Shown here: one piece after another, positions 9,223 through 19,167 of the stretch | How positions within the stretch are numbered: the stretch's first letter is position 1 | How the letters are laid out: every line of letters starts with the position of its first letter | Assembly (NCBI GenBank): GCA_041609715.1 | Contig: JBFIQI010000001.1 | Coordinates: 9,911 to 73,910, forward strand | Source: Gammaproteobacteria bacterium | GTDB lineage: Bacteria; Pseudomonadota; Gammaproteobacteria; Steroidobacterales; JABDLF01 | Length of the DNA: 64,000 nt | Reading direction: 5' to 3' | Notes under the pieces: model-generated | What the model was told of the DNA's origin: nothing | What the model saw: the letters and a program-made list of their open reading frames with translations, nothing else | Databases searched by the model: none | Made by a program: the position numbers and the translations under genes

Positions 9223-10413
9223 TCATCGGTTTTTCAGGGGCTTGCCGAACCATCGATGGGGGTTCTCCGGCCGCGGGCCGTTGCGAATCTCAAAGTACAG
9301 GGCCGGCGAACGACGGCCGCCGCTTTCGCCCACCGTAGCGACCACGTCACCGGGGCGCACCCAGTCGCCCACTTCCCGGTTGATGGTGTCGTTATGCCCG
9401 TAGAGTGATAAGTAGCCATCGCCGTGATCGAGTATCACCAGCAGGCCGAGTCCCGGCAGCCAGTCGGCATAGGTAATGCGCCCTCTGGCCACTGCCCGCA
9501 CCGGGGCACCTCGGGGTGCCGCAACCACAACGCCGTTCCAGCGAATGCTGTTACCTGCCCGGGGCTGCCCATAATCGCTGGCAAGGCTGCCGTTGACCGG
9601 CCAGCTCAGCTTGCCGCGCAACGCCGTGAACGGCTGCTCGCCCTGTACGGGAAATTCCTGCATGAGGGCTTGGAGGTCGCGAACCAGGCGATCCAGCGCG
9701 GCTTCTTCCGATTCCAGTTGCGCGATTTCGCTGCCGCGGGCCTCGATGCGTTCGCGGATATCAGTGAGCACCTTGGATCGCGCCTGACGCGCCTCAGCGC
9801 GAGCCGCAAGCTCGGTCGCGGCCGCCGCCGCCAGTTGCGCGAGGCGTGCCGCCACCTCGGCCAGCTCCGCATCCAGACGGGCAATCTCTGCCAGTTTCTC
9901 CAGCACCGCCTGGATGCGTGCGTTGCGGGCGCGATTGAAGTAGTCGTAATAAACCATCTGCCGGCCCAGCCGGGCTGGCTCCTGTTCGTTGAGTAACAGT
10001 TTCAGGCGCTCGCCGCGACCGCTGACATAGGCGGCGCGCAGCTGCCGACCCAATGCTTCACGCTCCAGCGACAGTTCCTGCTCCCGCTGCCGGCGCTGCG
10101 TTTCCAGGCGCTGGCGCCGTGTTTCGTTATCTTCCTGTTCTCCGCGTATCGCTTGCAGCTGTGCGGCGGCAGCCGCTTCCTGTTTCTCGGCATCCCGCAG
10201 GCTTGCCGTCAGGCGGTCCCGCTTGCGGATATCGCTCTGCAAGTCATCGCGCAAGTCCTGCAGCTGCTCCCGCAGCTTTTCCAGTTCTGCGGTGCGGGCC
10301 CTGACCTCGGAAGCCTGGGCCGCGTCCAGACCCTGCGAGACACCTCCCAGGCAAATGGCCGCCACGGCCAGCATGGCCGGCAGCGCGGCCCGGCTTGGGT
10401 GGCGTCGCGACAA
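9223..10413 (-). CDS. envC: Murein hydrolase activator EnvC (coiled coil plus LytM/M23 domain)
   Basis: Signal peptide, a long Q/E/R/L-rich coiled coil, and a C-terminal LytM domain (DHGDGYLSLYGHN, LYFEIR). Conserved gpmI-envC-ctp-yibQ order. Confidence 0.8.
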   Translation of the reverse strand: MSRRHPSRAALPAMLAVAAICLGGVSQGLDAAQASEVRARTAELEKLREQLQDLRDDLQSDIRKRDRLTASLRDAEKQEAAAAAQLQAIRGEQEDNETRRQRLETQRRQREQELSLEREALGRQLRAAYVSGRGERLKLLLNEQEPARLGRQMVYYDYFNRARNARIQAVLEKLAEIARLDAELAEVAARLAQLAAAAATELAARAEARQARSKVLTDIRERIEARGSEIAQLESEEAALDRLVRDLQALMQEFPVQGEQPFTALRGKLSWPVNGSLASDYGQPRAGNSIRWNGVVVAAPRGAPVRAVARGRITYADWLPGLGLLVILDHGDGYLSLYGHNDTINREVGDWVRPGDVVATVGESGGRRSPALYFEIRNGPRPENPHRWFGKPLKNR

Positions 10414-10415
10414 AT

Positions 10416-11969
10416 TCAGCCCTCCAGGGTGATCAATGGACGTCCCGTCATCTCAGCCGGCTGCTCGATTTCCATCAGGGCCAACAGGGTTGGTGCGATA
10501 TCCGCCAGGGCACCGCCCTCGGCCACCCGGGCCGGGCGCCCGACATAAAGCAGGGGCACCGGGTTGGTGGTGTGCGCCGTGTGTGTCTGGCCGGTTTGCG
10601 GATCACTCATCATTTCGGCATTACCGTGATCCGATGTAATCAGCCACTCCCCGCCGGCAGCCACTATGGCGTCGGCGACGCGGCCCAGGCACTCATCCAG
10701 GGCCTCGATAGCTTTGACGGTAGCTGCAAAGTCACCACTATGACCGACCATGTCTGCGTTGGCGTAATTGCTGATAATCAAATCAAACTTGCCGCTCTCG
10801 ATGGCGGCTACCAGCTTGTCAGTCAATTCGGGCGCGCTCATCTCGGGCTGCAGGTCGTAGGTGGCAACTTTGGGAGACGGCACGAGGATGCGCTCCTCGC
10901 CCGGTGCGGCGGCCTCTTCACCACCGTTAAAGAAAAATGTCACATGTGCATATTTTTCGGTCTCGGCAATGCGCAGCTGGGTGAGTCCCAGGCCGGAGAC
11001 GTAGGCACCCAGGGTGTTTGCAAGCGCCACGGGCGGAAAGGCAACGCTGGTCTCCAGTCCCTTTTCATACTCGGTCAGGCTGACGAAATCCGCGAGCGCC
11101 GGCACCCGGCCGCGATCGAAACCAGCACAGCTTTTGTCGACGAAGGAATGACTCAGTTCACGAGCACGGTCGGCCCGGTAATTCATGAATATGACGACAT
11201 CGCCGTCCTGGACCCGAACCGGCTCGTCGTCGCCGGCGTTTATTCGGGTGGGTTTTACGAACTCGTCAGACTCATCCCGGGCATAGGCGTCCGCCAGGGC
11301 TGCTGCCGCCGTTGCTGCACTGTAGTCTGCGGTCCCGTGCACATACATGTCCCAGGCTCGCTTTACCCGGTCCCAGCGCTTGTCGCGGTCCATGGCGTAA
11401 TATCGCCCGCAGATGCTGGCGATGCGGCCCACGCCGGCTTCCTGACAAACCGCCTGCATGCGCTCCAGAGAGGGCCCGGCACTGCGTGGCGGCATGTCGC
11501 GGCCGTCCAGCATGGCGTGGATGAACACCGACGAAGCATCCTGGTGCGCCAGCATTTTCACCAGCGCATGCATATGATCCTCGTGACTGTGAACACCGCC
11601 CGGGGACAACAGGCCCATGACATGAATGGCGCCGCCGCTGGCGCGCGCGGCTTCGATGGCGTTTAGCAAGGCCGTATTGTTCTCAAAACTGCCATCCTCG
11701 ATGGCTTGGGTTACGCGGGTGTAGTCCTGGTAAACGACGCGCCCGGCACCCAGGTTGAGGTGGCCCACCTCGGAGTTGCCCATTTGCCCATGGGGCAGCC
11801 CCACCACGATGCCCGAAGTATCCACCAGGCCGTGAGCATACCGCTCCCACAGCCGATCCCAGTTGGGCGTGGCGGCGCTCAGGATGGCATTGTGCTCCGG
11901 CTGCTCGCTGTACCCCCAGCCATCCAGGACCGTCAGTAGCATGGGTTTCGGTCTGTCACTCATCAGCAT
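10416..11969 (-). CDS. gpmI: 2,3-bisphosphoglycerate-independent phosphoglycerate mutase
   Basis: [24 protein letters not shown] and TSDHGNAE motifs; 517 aa. Confidence 0.93.
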   Translation of the reverse strand: MLMSDRPKPMLLTVLDGWGYSEQPEHNAILSAATPNWDRLWERYAHGLVDTSGIVVGLPHGQMGNSEVGHLNLGAGRVVYQDYTRVTQAIEDGSFENNTALLNAIEAARASGGAIHVMGLLSPGGVHSHEDHMHALVKMLAHQDASSVFIHAMLDGRDMPPRSAGPSLERMQAVCQEAGVGRIASICGRYYAMDRDKRWDRVKRAWDMYVHGTADYSAATAAAALADAYARDESDEFVKPTRINAGDDEPVRVQDGDVVIFMNYRADRARELSHSFVDKSCAGFDRGRVPALADFVSLTEYEKGLETSVAFPPVALANTLGAYVSGLGLTQLRIAETEKYAHVTFFFNGGEEAAAPGEERILVPSPKVATYDLQPEMSAPELTDKLVAAIESGKFDLIISNYANADMVGHSGDFAATVKAIEALDECLGRVADAIVAAGGEWLITSDHGNAEMMSDPQTGQTHTAHTTNPVPLLYVGRPARVAEGGALADIAPTLLALMEIEQPAEMTGRPLITLEG

Positions 11970-12087
11970 ATTCCTTGGTTCCGGCGGTTCCCCGGGGCCG
12001 TGGCAAAAGCCGCAAGTTTAGTGAGTTTCCCGGCACAAACAAAGGGCTCCCCGGGTTGCGAGCGCGCGTTGCCCCAGGTCGCTTTGC

Positions 12088-12093
12088 TATAAT
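12088..12093 (+). promoter_or_regulatory. Possible -10 hexamer for the rhodanese-grxC-secB-gpsA cluster
   Basis: Perfect TATAAT 34 nt upstream of the ATG at 12127. No convincing -35 at 17 nt spacing. Confidence 0.3.
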
Positions 12094-12126
12094 GGTTTGT
12101 TTTGGAAACGTTCGGGGGCGCTGTCC

Positions 12127-12540
12127 ATGCAGCAACTTATGGAGTTCGCGGGCAATCACCCGGTGCTGGTGGGTGCGGCACTGGTGCTGCTGGCCTTGAT
12201 TCTTTATACAGAGTTGCGTCGCAGCGGCGGCAATCAGCTGAGCGTGGCGGAGACCGTAAAATTGATGAATGCCGGCGGGCAGGTGCTTGATGTGCGCAGC
12301 CAGGACGCATTTCATGCGGGCCATATTCTGGGGGCAAAAAACATTCCCCTGGACGAGCTTGCCGACAAGGCCGGGCAGCTCAACAAAGAGCAGGCGCTGA
12401 TCGTGTGTTGCGATGCTGGCGTGTCCAGCCAGCGAGCGCTGTCGGTCTTGAGCAAGCGCGGCTTCGAGAAACTATTCAACCTGCGCGGTGGTATCCGCGC
12501 CTGGCAGCAGGATAACCTGCCGCTGAGCAAAAAAAAGTAG
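12127..12540 (+). CDS. Rhodanese-like domain protein with N-terminal membrane anchor
   Basis: N-terminal hydrophobic helix and a CCDAGVSSQRA active-site loop. The ATG at 12127 lies downstream of the TATAAT; the listed TTG at 12097 sits only 4 nt past it. Confidence 0.75.
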   Translation: MQQLMEFAGNHPVLVGAALVLLALILYTELRRSGGNQLSVAETVKLMNAGGQVLDVRSQDAFHAGHILGAKNIPLDELADKAGQLNKEQALIVCCDAGVSSQRALSVLSKRGFEKLFNLRGGIRAWQQDNLPLSKKK

Positions 12541-12554
12541 GAATCAACTTGCGT

Positions 12555-12836
12555 ATGACCCAACAAGAAATACAAATCTACACCGCCGGTTACTGCGGTT
12601 TCTGCCGGCGCGCCAAGGCGCTGCTGGAGAGCAAGGGCGTCAGCTTCACCGAAATTCATGTGGATCATGATCCGGCCAAACGCATGGAAATGGTGCAGCG
12701 CTGCGGCCGCCGTACCGTTCCCCAGATTTGGATCGGCGAGCAGCATATCGGTGGTTTCGATGATCTTTATGCGCTGGAACATGCCGGTGAACTCGACGAG
12801 TTGCTGGCGCCTCCCGGTGCCAGCAGTGCGGCTTGA
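12555..12836 (+). CDS. grxC: Glutaredoxin 3
   Basis: IQIYTAGYCGFCRRAKALL (CxxC), TVPQIWIG and GGFDDL motifs. The ATG at 12555 gives the usual short N-terminus. Confidence 0.85.
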   Translation: MTQQEIQIYTAGYCGFCRRAKALLESKGVSFTEIHVDHDPAKRMEMVQRCGRRTVPQIWIGEQHIGGFDDLYALEHAGELDELLAPPGASSAA

Positions 12837-12891
12837 AATGCAGCGCTCAGTTAACCTATACCTAACTAAAACTTACTGACAGGAAAGACCA

Positions 12892-13365
12892 ATGGCAGAC
12901 ACAGACCAGAACAATCAAAACAGCGCGGGGCGTAACGTCGTGGTACACCGTGTATATCTCAAGGACGCGTCCTTCGAGGCTCCCAACAGCCCGGAAGTTT
13001 TCAAGGGCAACTGGGAACCCAAGATGACGCTGAACATCAAGGCTGAGAACAAGCCGCTGGACAGCATCAGCCCGCAGCACTGGGAAGTGTCTCTGCACGC
13101 ATCGGTTGAAGCCGTGCACGATGACAAAACCGCCTTCCTGGTGGAGGTGGAACAAGCCGGCATATTTGAAATCAGCGGTTTTGAAGGCGCTGAATTCGAG
13201 CATCTTCTCGGCGCTTATTGCCCCACGGTGTTATATCCATATGCGCGCGAGGCTATCGGTAGCCTGGTCAGCAAGGGCGGCTTCCCGCAACTGGTAATTC
13301 AGCCTCTGAATTTCGAGGCCATGTACCAGGCACACCGGGAACAGGCTGCAGCAAAGCAGGCCTGA
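12892..13365 (+). CDS. secB: Protein-export chaperone SecB
   Basis: 157 aa with YLKDASFEAPNSP and CPTVLYPYAREAI motifs, in the conserved grxC-secB-gpsA order. Confidence 0.88.
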   Translation: MADTDQNNQNSAGRNVVVHRVYLKDASFEAPNSPEVFKGNWEPKMTLNIKAENKPLDSISPQHWEVSLHASVEAVHDDKTAFLVEVEQAGIFEISGFEGAEFEHLLGAYCPTVLYPYAREAIGSLVSKGGFPQLVIQPLNFEAMYQAHREQAAAKQA

Positions 13366-13393
13366 CCGGAAAGCACCGCGGCCCGAACGCCCG

Positions 13394-14407
13394 GTGAATA
13401 GCCACAAGCATCCGCCCATTGCGGTGATCGGGGCCGGCTCCTGGGGAACGGCCCTGGCCATCCAGTTTGCCCGCACGGGCCGTCGCACCCTGTTATGGGG
13501 TCGTGAGCCGGGCCAGCTGCAGCGCCTGTCGGCGGAGCGCCGTAATGCACGATATCTCCCCGACGCGCCATTCCCGGATACCCTGGAAGTAGAGCCCGAT
13601 CTGGCCCGGGCCGTGGCCAGCGCCCGCGACGTGCTCGTGTGCGTGCCCAGCCACGCTTTTCACGAGACCCTGGAAGCCATCAAGCCACACCTGTCCGAAG
13701 ATGCCCGCTTGTGCTGGGCCACCAAGGGTTTCGAGATGGATACCGGCCGCCTGCCCCACCAGGTCGCCGCCGATGTTCTGGGCGCCAGTCTGCCCACCGC
13801 GGTCCTGTCGGGCCCGACCTTCGCCAGGGAAGTGGGCGCCGGGTTGCCTACCGCGATGACGGTGGCGTCCCAGACCGAGTCCTTTGCCCGTGACCTGGCC
13901 GAAAGCATTTCGGATCATGGCTTTCGCGCCTACACTTCGTCGGACATCTCCGGTGTAGAGGTGGGTGGCGCAGTCAAGAACGTGCTGGCCATTGGCGCCG
14001 GACTTTCAGACGGCCTGGGTTTTGGCGCCAATACGCGCGTGGCGCTCATCACCCGCGGGCTCTCCGAGATGACCCGCCTGGGGTTGGCGCTGGGTGCGCG
14101 TCCGGAGACTTTTATGGGTCTCGCGGGCATGGGGGACCTGATCCTTACCTGCACAGATGACCAGTCACGCAATCGGCGCATGGGGCTGGCACTGGCAGCA
14201 GGCAAAACGGTGCGGGAAGCGGAGGCTGAAATCCAGCAGGTGGTCGAAGGTGTGCAGGCCGCCCGGGCGGTTTGGCAGCTTGCCGGCAGGCTGGGCGTGG
14301 AGATGCCCATCACCGAACAGGTTTACAAGGTGCTGTACGAGGAGCTGGCGCCGGAGCAGGCGGTGCGCAACCTCATGGGCCGCCAGTTGCGCGGCGAACA
14401 CGACTGA
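13394..14407 (+). CDS. gpsA: NAD(P)H-dependent glycerol-3-phosphate dehydrogenase
   Basis: IAVIGAGSWGTALA dinucleotide fold, GVEVGGAVKNVLAIGAG, SRNRRMG. Confidence 0.92.
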   Translation: MNSHKHPPIAVIGAGSWGTALAIQFARTGRRTLLWGREPGQLQRLSAERRNARYLPDAPFPDTLEVEPDLARAVASARDVLVCVPSHAFHETLEAIKPHLSEDARLCWATKGFEMDTGRLPHQVAADVLGASLPTAVLSGPTFAREVGAGLPTAMTVASQTESFARDLAESISDHGFRAYTSSDISGVEVGGAVKNVLAIGAGLSDGLGFGANTRVALITRGLSEMTRLGLALGARPETFMGLAGMGDLILTCTDDQSRNRRMGLALAAGKTVREAEAEIQQVVEGVQAARAVWQLAGRLGVEMPITEQVYKVLYEELAPEQAVRNLMGRQLRGEHD

Positions 14408-14418
14408 AAAAACGCCCG

Positions 14419-15111
14419 TCAGCTGTTGGCATCAAGAAAAGTGTTGACGGTCAGGCGTCCCGCGGCCGGATCCGCAGTGAAAGTCATGGACTCGGGAATA
14501 AAGCCCGAGTGCAGATTGAAGCCGCGATAGACAAGTGCCCTGTTAAAGCATGCCTGGTGAGCTGCAATCTGTTCGAACTGCCTCGTGTCACCGGCACAAT
14601 ACCTGGCCGGCGGCAGGCCAGCGTCGGCCGCTTCCCGGTGCAGCGCTTCACGGTAGCGGGCAAATCGCTCGCTGGTGACAGTTTCAAATCCGGTTTGCCG
14701 ATGCCGGTAGAACCGGGTGCCGCCGTGCTCGGCGCCGCAGAGGAAATGCAGCAAAGCGATGCGCCCGGGATCGGTGGTATCAAAATGCGGTAGCCGCTGG
14801 ATGGGCGCCAATTCATCCGGCGGCGTGGTGACCAGCGAGTAGTGGCACTCCACCAGACGTACGCCCCGGGTAATGCCAAACACCTCCCGCAGCACCGACT
14901 CCAGCAACTCACCCGCCGACGCCAGGTGATTGGGGTCTGCCGGTGAGCGCAGCCCCGGGTAGTAGGGCCCGATGGGCTTGAAGCTCCGGCTGCATGCATC
15001 TGTCACCAGGGCCTCGGGGTGCGGCAGAAAATGGTCGATCACCACCACTGGCTGCCGTTCAGCCCCATGTCGGTGCGTGGTCACTTTTGGCTGTAGTGAT
15101 TGCTCAGCCAA
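14419..15111 (-). CDS. Hypothetical protein, possibly a 2OG-Fe(II)-oxygenase-like fold (DUF6445-type)
   Basis: 230 aa with a candidate HxD...H triad (LPHFDT ... NLHSG). The family assignment is from memory only. Confidence 0.5.
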   Translation of the reverse strand: MAEQSLQPKVTTHRHGAERQPVVVIDHFLPHPEALVTDACSRSFKPIGPYYPGLRSPADPNHLASAGELLESVLREVFGITRGVRLVECHYSLVTTPPDELAPIQRLPHFDTTDPGRIALLHFLCGAEHGGTRFYRHRQTGFETVTSERFARYREALHREAADAGLPPARYCAGDTRQFEQIAAHQACFNRALVYRGFNLHSGFIPESMTFTADPAAGRLTVNTFLDANS

Positions 15112-15302
15112 GGGTTGCGTCCAGGAACATGATGGTCATCGGGCCCTCCGGTCATGACAGCGTGGCCATGGTCTCATAGCCCTGCAGCGGGTTTGCGGAA
15201 TGATCTCATCGCCGCCAGGGAACAGCATAGCCCCGCTGGCAGGCGCAGTCCGGCGAGTCTGGCGGGGCCTGCTCGCTTATACTGCATTTCTCAAGGAGGT
15301 CC

Positions 15303-16199
15303 GTGATGAAAAAAATTACCTGCCTGGTCTTACTGCTACTGGCCAAACCGGCCCTCGGTGCCGATGCAAAAATCAGCTATCAAGCCACGGAAATGGCCCC
15401 GGGCATCTTCATGCTCGAAGGCGTCGGCGGCTTCACCGGCGGCAACCTCGGCCTGTGGACCGGGGCAGATGGCGTGGTGCTGATCGACGATGGCATGCAG
15501 CCATACCTGGAGGTCATGCTGGCCACCATTGAAACCCACGCCGGCGCACCGGTTGATTTCGTCATCAACACCCATGTCCACGGCGATCACGTGGGCAACA
15601 ATCCTGCGCTCAGCGAGCGCGGCGCTACCATCATTGCCCATGACAATATCCGCGCCCGCATGCTTTCCGATGGTGTGGGCGGGGGCGCGAACAAACAGCC
15701 GGCGGGCCCGCATATGCTCCCGGAAATTACTTTCGCCGATGGCGTCACCCTGCATCTGAATGGTCACCGGGGGCGCGTCCTGCATGTGCACCATGCCCAC
15801 ACCGATGGCGATGCGCTGGTTCATTTCCCGGACGCCGATGTCATTCATACCGGGGATGTTTTCTTCAATGGTCTGTTTCCCTACATCGATATCGACTCCG
15901 GGGGCAGTGTCGATGGTTACCTGGCGGCCCAGGACAAGGTCCTGTCGCTGGCTGGCGCTGACACCCGCATCATCCCTGGTCACGGGCCGGCCGCCGGGAA
16001 AGCAGACCTCGAGGCGGCCCATCACATGCTCATGACGGCGCGGGATCGGGTGCGCGCCCTGGTGGCGGCGGGCAAGACCCAGGAACAGATCCTCGCCCTC
16101 AACCCGCTGGCTGATTATGACGCCGACTGGAGCTGGGGCTTTATTTCCACCGAGCGCATGACCCGGACACTGGTGCGGGACGCGGCCAAGAGTAACTGA
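15303..16199 (+). CDS. Secreted MBL-fold metallo-hydrolase
   Basis: Signal peptide MKKITCLVLLLLAKPALGA, the HVHGDH metal motif, and later HTDGD and PGHG. SD aaggagg lies upstream. Confidence 0.75.
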   Translation: MMKKITCLVLLLLAKPALGADAKISYQATEMAPGIFMLEGVGGFTGGNLGLWTGADGVVLIDDGMQPYLEVMLATIETHAGAPVDFVINTHVHGDHVGNNPALSERGATIIAHDNIRARMLSDGVGGGANKQPAGPHMLPEITFADGVTLHLNGHRGRVLHVHHAHTDGDALVHFPDADVIHTGDVFFNGLFPYIDIDSGGSVDGYLAAQDKVLSLAGADTRIIPGHGPAAGKADLEAAHHMLMTARDRVRALVAAGKTQEQILALNPLADYDADWSWGFISTERMTRTLVRDAAKSN

Positions 16200-16206
16200 C
16201 CAGGAG

Positions 16207-17535
16207 ATGCTGGCGGCTATGCGGCCGGAATCTCAAAGCCCGTTGGTGCCGGGACCGCTGGGCGGCGACGGGCGTATCGAGGCCATCGATACCTTACGTG
16301 GATTCGCCGTGCTCGGAATCCTGGTGATGAACATCAATGCCATGGCAACACCCATGGCCGCCTACTTCAGCCCCAATGTCATGGGCGACACCTCGCCCCT
16401 GAATTTCGCCACCTGGCTGTTCGCGCATCTGTTCTTCGACTACAAGATGATGAACATTTTTTCCATGTTGTTTGGAGCCGGCCTGGTGGTCATGTGGCAG
16501 CGGGCACAGGCGGCGGGTCGTGGATTTGCTGCCATTTTTTACCGGCGCATTGTCTGGTTGCTGGTCATCGGCCTGCTGCATGCCTATCTCGTCTGGCATG
16601 GTGACATCCTGGTCACCTATGCACTATGCGGTGTGTTCCTGTTTCTGTTCAGGCGCCGCTCACCGCGTTTTTTGCTTATCAGCGCTGCGCTTTTTCTGCT
16701 GGTGGGCGCGTTGCTGGCCGTGGGCGGCGGCTACGCCCAGGAACGCTTGCGAACCGTGGCAGCCGAAATCGAAACCAAGGTTGCAGCAGGCCAGGAGCTC
16801 ACGCCGCGCCGCCAGCAGTTGCTCGAGCAGTGGCAGGGTCTGCGCGCCACTTTCGATCCGGATCCCGGCGAACTGCAGCAGACCATCGAGAGCATGCGCG
16901 GGGATTTGCCAGAGGTGCTGGCGCAGAACGCCCATGAAGCCGTGATCATGCATACCCAGGCTCTGCCCTTCGAGTTGTTCTGGCGAGCCATGGGGCTGAT
17001 GCTGCTGGGCATGGCTCTCATGAAAACGGATGTGTTCAGCGCCACCCGCGCTCCGGAATTTTATCGGCGCTGGATCCTGGCGGGCCTCGGTCTGGGGTTG
17101 CCCATCGTCGCTTACGGCGCCTGGCGCATGACCCTACATGATTTTGATTTTATCGCCCGTTTTCGCGCTGACGGGATGTTCAATTATTTTGCCAGCATCC
17201 TCATCAGCATGGCCTATGTGGGCATGGTCATGCGCCTGTGTCAGCGCGATGCGCTGTCCGGGTTGCGCCGACGCCTGGCGGCCGTCGGACGCATGGCGCT
17301 CAGTAACTACCTGGCACAGTCGCTGATCGCGGTAAGCATTTTTTATGGGTATGGCTTCGGGCTCTTCGGCCAGGTCAGCCGCTTCAATCTCTGGTGGGTG
17401 ATACTGGGCATCTGGTTCGCACAGCTGTTGTGGAGTCCCTGGTGGCTGACGCGCTTTCGCTTCGGCCCCGCCGAGTGGCTGTGGCGCAGCCTTACCTACC
17501 TGCGCCGGCAACCCTTCCGGGTGGCTCGCCACTGA
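16207..17535 (+). CDS. Polytopic membrane protein (DUF418 / YeiB-like)
   Basis: 442 aa and multi-TM, with N-terminal RIEAIDTLRGFAVLGIL and C-terminal GPAEWLWRSLTY motifs as in YeiB-family proteins. Confidence 0.65.
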   Translation: MLAAMRPESQSPLVPGPLGGDGRIEAIDTLRGFAVLGILVMNINAMATPMAAYFSPNVMGDTSPLNFATWLFAHLFFDYKMMNIFSMLFGAGLVVMWQRAQAAGRGFAAIFYRRIVWLLVIGLLHAYLVWHGDILVTYALCGVFLFLFRRRSPRFLLISAALFLLVGALLAVGGGYAQERLRTVAAEIETKVAAGQELTPRRQQLLEQWQGLRATFDPDPGELQQTIESMRGDLPEVLAQNAHEAVIMHTQALPFELFWRAMGLMLLGMALMKTDVFSATRAPEFYRRWILAGLGLGLPIVAYGAWRMTLHDFDFIARFRADGMFNYFASILISMAYVGMVMRLCQRDALSGLRRRLAAVGRMALSNYLAQSLIAVSIFYGYGFGLFGQVSRFNLWWVILGIWFAQLLWSPWWLTRFRFGPAEWLWRSLTYLRRQPFRVARH

Positions 17536-17544
17536 ACTCAGGCC

Positions 17545-18588
17545 TCAGTTTTTGAGCTTGACGCCCAGGCTTTGCAACAGCGTTGCGCGAATCTGATTCA
17601 GTCGCTCATCGTTCATCGGCCCGTAAAGTCCGCGCGCCTGTTGGGGGAGGTGCGCCATGGGCTCGCCGTTCACCTTGAAAATGTAATGATCGAACAGGCT
17701 GCGCCAGGCCATTCGCTCACCCTCGGGCATATCACGAATGGAAAGCAGGGCGTGCAGCATGGTGAGTCTTGGGGTAAACATCCAGGGCTCGGCGTCGCGC
17801 CACCAGAAGTTCAGTAACCCGCCCAGCGGCTCCAGGGCCTCGACATGGTGAAACCACAGGCTGGGAATATAAATGGCGTCGCCCGGATGCAGCTCCACGG
17901 ACTGTGCGTGCTCAAGCGCTTTTCTGAAGCGCGGAAAACGCTCCAAGTCCGGGGCATGAAAATCCACCAGGCTGATGGGCTGGCCGGCCAGGGTGAATTC
18001 CAGCGGCCCCACGTAGAGGTTGGGAATCTGGTCGGTGGGAAACAAGGTGAAGCGGCGGCGTCCCGCCACCACCACCGCTATATTCTGTGGCAGGTCCCAG
18101 TGCGCACCCACCCGCCCGCGGTTGCCGATCCAGATGGAGACCAGCTGTCTGCGGTCCGCCGCGACCAGCGGCATGGGGTTGGCTTCCCGTATTCCTGCCA
18201 GGCCTTCCTGCAGCGGAATGGCACCCGCATAAATACAGGGCGGCTGCGGGTCGTCGAGGTGTGCCAGCAAGGTGTCGAGCAGCTCCCCCAGCGGCAGCTT
18301 GCGGCGCTGGAAGTTGAACCCGTCGAGGGTCTCGTTGTAAAAAAAGCGGCCCTTGATGGTGGCGGGCGCCACGAACGCCTCCACCGGGTGCTGCTCGCCA
18401 AACCCCCGCACATAATCACAAAACGATGGTGCGCCCGACTGGGCGGCGCCCACCAGCGGCCATGCGGAAGCGATGCCGCGCAAAACCGCCGGCTGGTTAC
18501 GCACCGCGATCTGGGCTGCGAACACCCCGGCATCCACGTCGGTCCACTCCCGCACGGCGCCGAGACCGCCCCAGTCGATTGCTTTCAC
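17545..18588 (-). CDS. Cupin-like / JmjC-domain protein (putative Fe(II)/2OG oxygenase)
   Basis: 347 aa with an HWD...H triad candidate (GAHWDLPQN ... LWFHHVEAL), typical of bacterial JmjC-cupin proteins. Confidence 0.7.
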   Translation of the reverse strand: MKAIDWGGLGAVREWTDVDAGVFAAQIAVRNQPAVLRGIASAWPLVGAAQSGAPSFCDYVRGFGEQHPVEAFVAPATIKGRFFYNETLDGFNFQRRKLPLGELLDTLLAHLDDPQPPCIYAGAIPLQEGLAGIREANPMPLVAADRRQLVSIWIGNRGRVGAHWDLPQNIAVVVAGRRRFTLFPTDQIPNLYVGPLEFTLAGQPISLVDFHAPDLERFPRFRKALEHAQSVELHPGDAIYIPSLWFHHVEALEPLGGLLNFWWRDAEPWMFTPRLTMLHALLSIRDMPEGERMAWRSLFDHYIFKVNGEPMAHLPQQARGLYGPMNDERLNQIRATLLQSLGVKLKN

Positions 18589-18671
18589 TCGCTGTCCCCC
18601 TGCACCAGGTGGCCAGATGATAACGCCAACCGACTCCGCTTACTGGCCCGCCGGAACTGCCGGGGCATGGC

Positions 18672-19127
18672 TCAGGCAAAGCCGGCCTGGCGCCAGGCCT
18701 CGAAGATCACCACAGCCACGGCGTTGGAAAGATTCAGGCTGCGATTGCCCTCGCGCATGGGGATGCGCAGGCGCTGGGCGGCGGGCAAGGCATCCAGGAC
18801 CGCCTGGGGCAAGCCCCTGGTCTCGGGCCCGAACAAGAAAATGTCGCCAGCCCGATAATCCGGTTCATCGTGGCGCGTGCTGCCGCGGGTGGACACCGCA
18901 AACACGCGCCCGCCGCCGGCGTTTCGTACCGCTTGTTCCAGGTTGGCACTGCTGGTGATGCTGGCATATTCGCGATAATCAAGTCCGGCGCGCCGCAGGC
19001 GTTTGTCATCCAGCTCGAACCCCAGCGGTTCCACCAGGTGCAGATCGCAGCCGGTGTTGGCGCACAGGCGTATCACGTTGCCGGTGTTTGGCGGAATCTC
19101 TGGCTCGTATAGAATGACGTGATACAT
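18672..19127 (-). CDS. trmL: tRNA (cytidine/uridine-2'-O-)-methyltransferase TrmL (SPOUT)
   Basis: MYHVILYEPEIPPNTGNVIRLCANTG and LNLSNAVAVV motifs; 151 aa. Confidence 0.88.
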   Translation of the reverse strand: MYHVILYEPEIPPNTGNVIRLCANTGCDLHLVEPLGFELDDKRLRRAGLDYREYASITSSANLEQAVRNAGGGRVFAVSTRGSTRHDEPDYRAGDIFLFGPETRGLPQAVLDALPAAQRLRIPMREGNRSLNLSNAVAVVIFEAWRQAGFA

Positions 19128-19167
19128 GCGGGATTAACGCCTGCTTCGCTCGCTTCCAGGAAAATCC

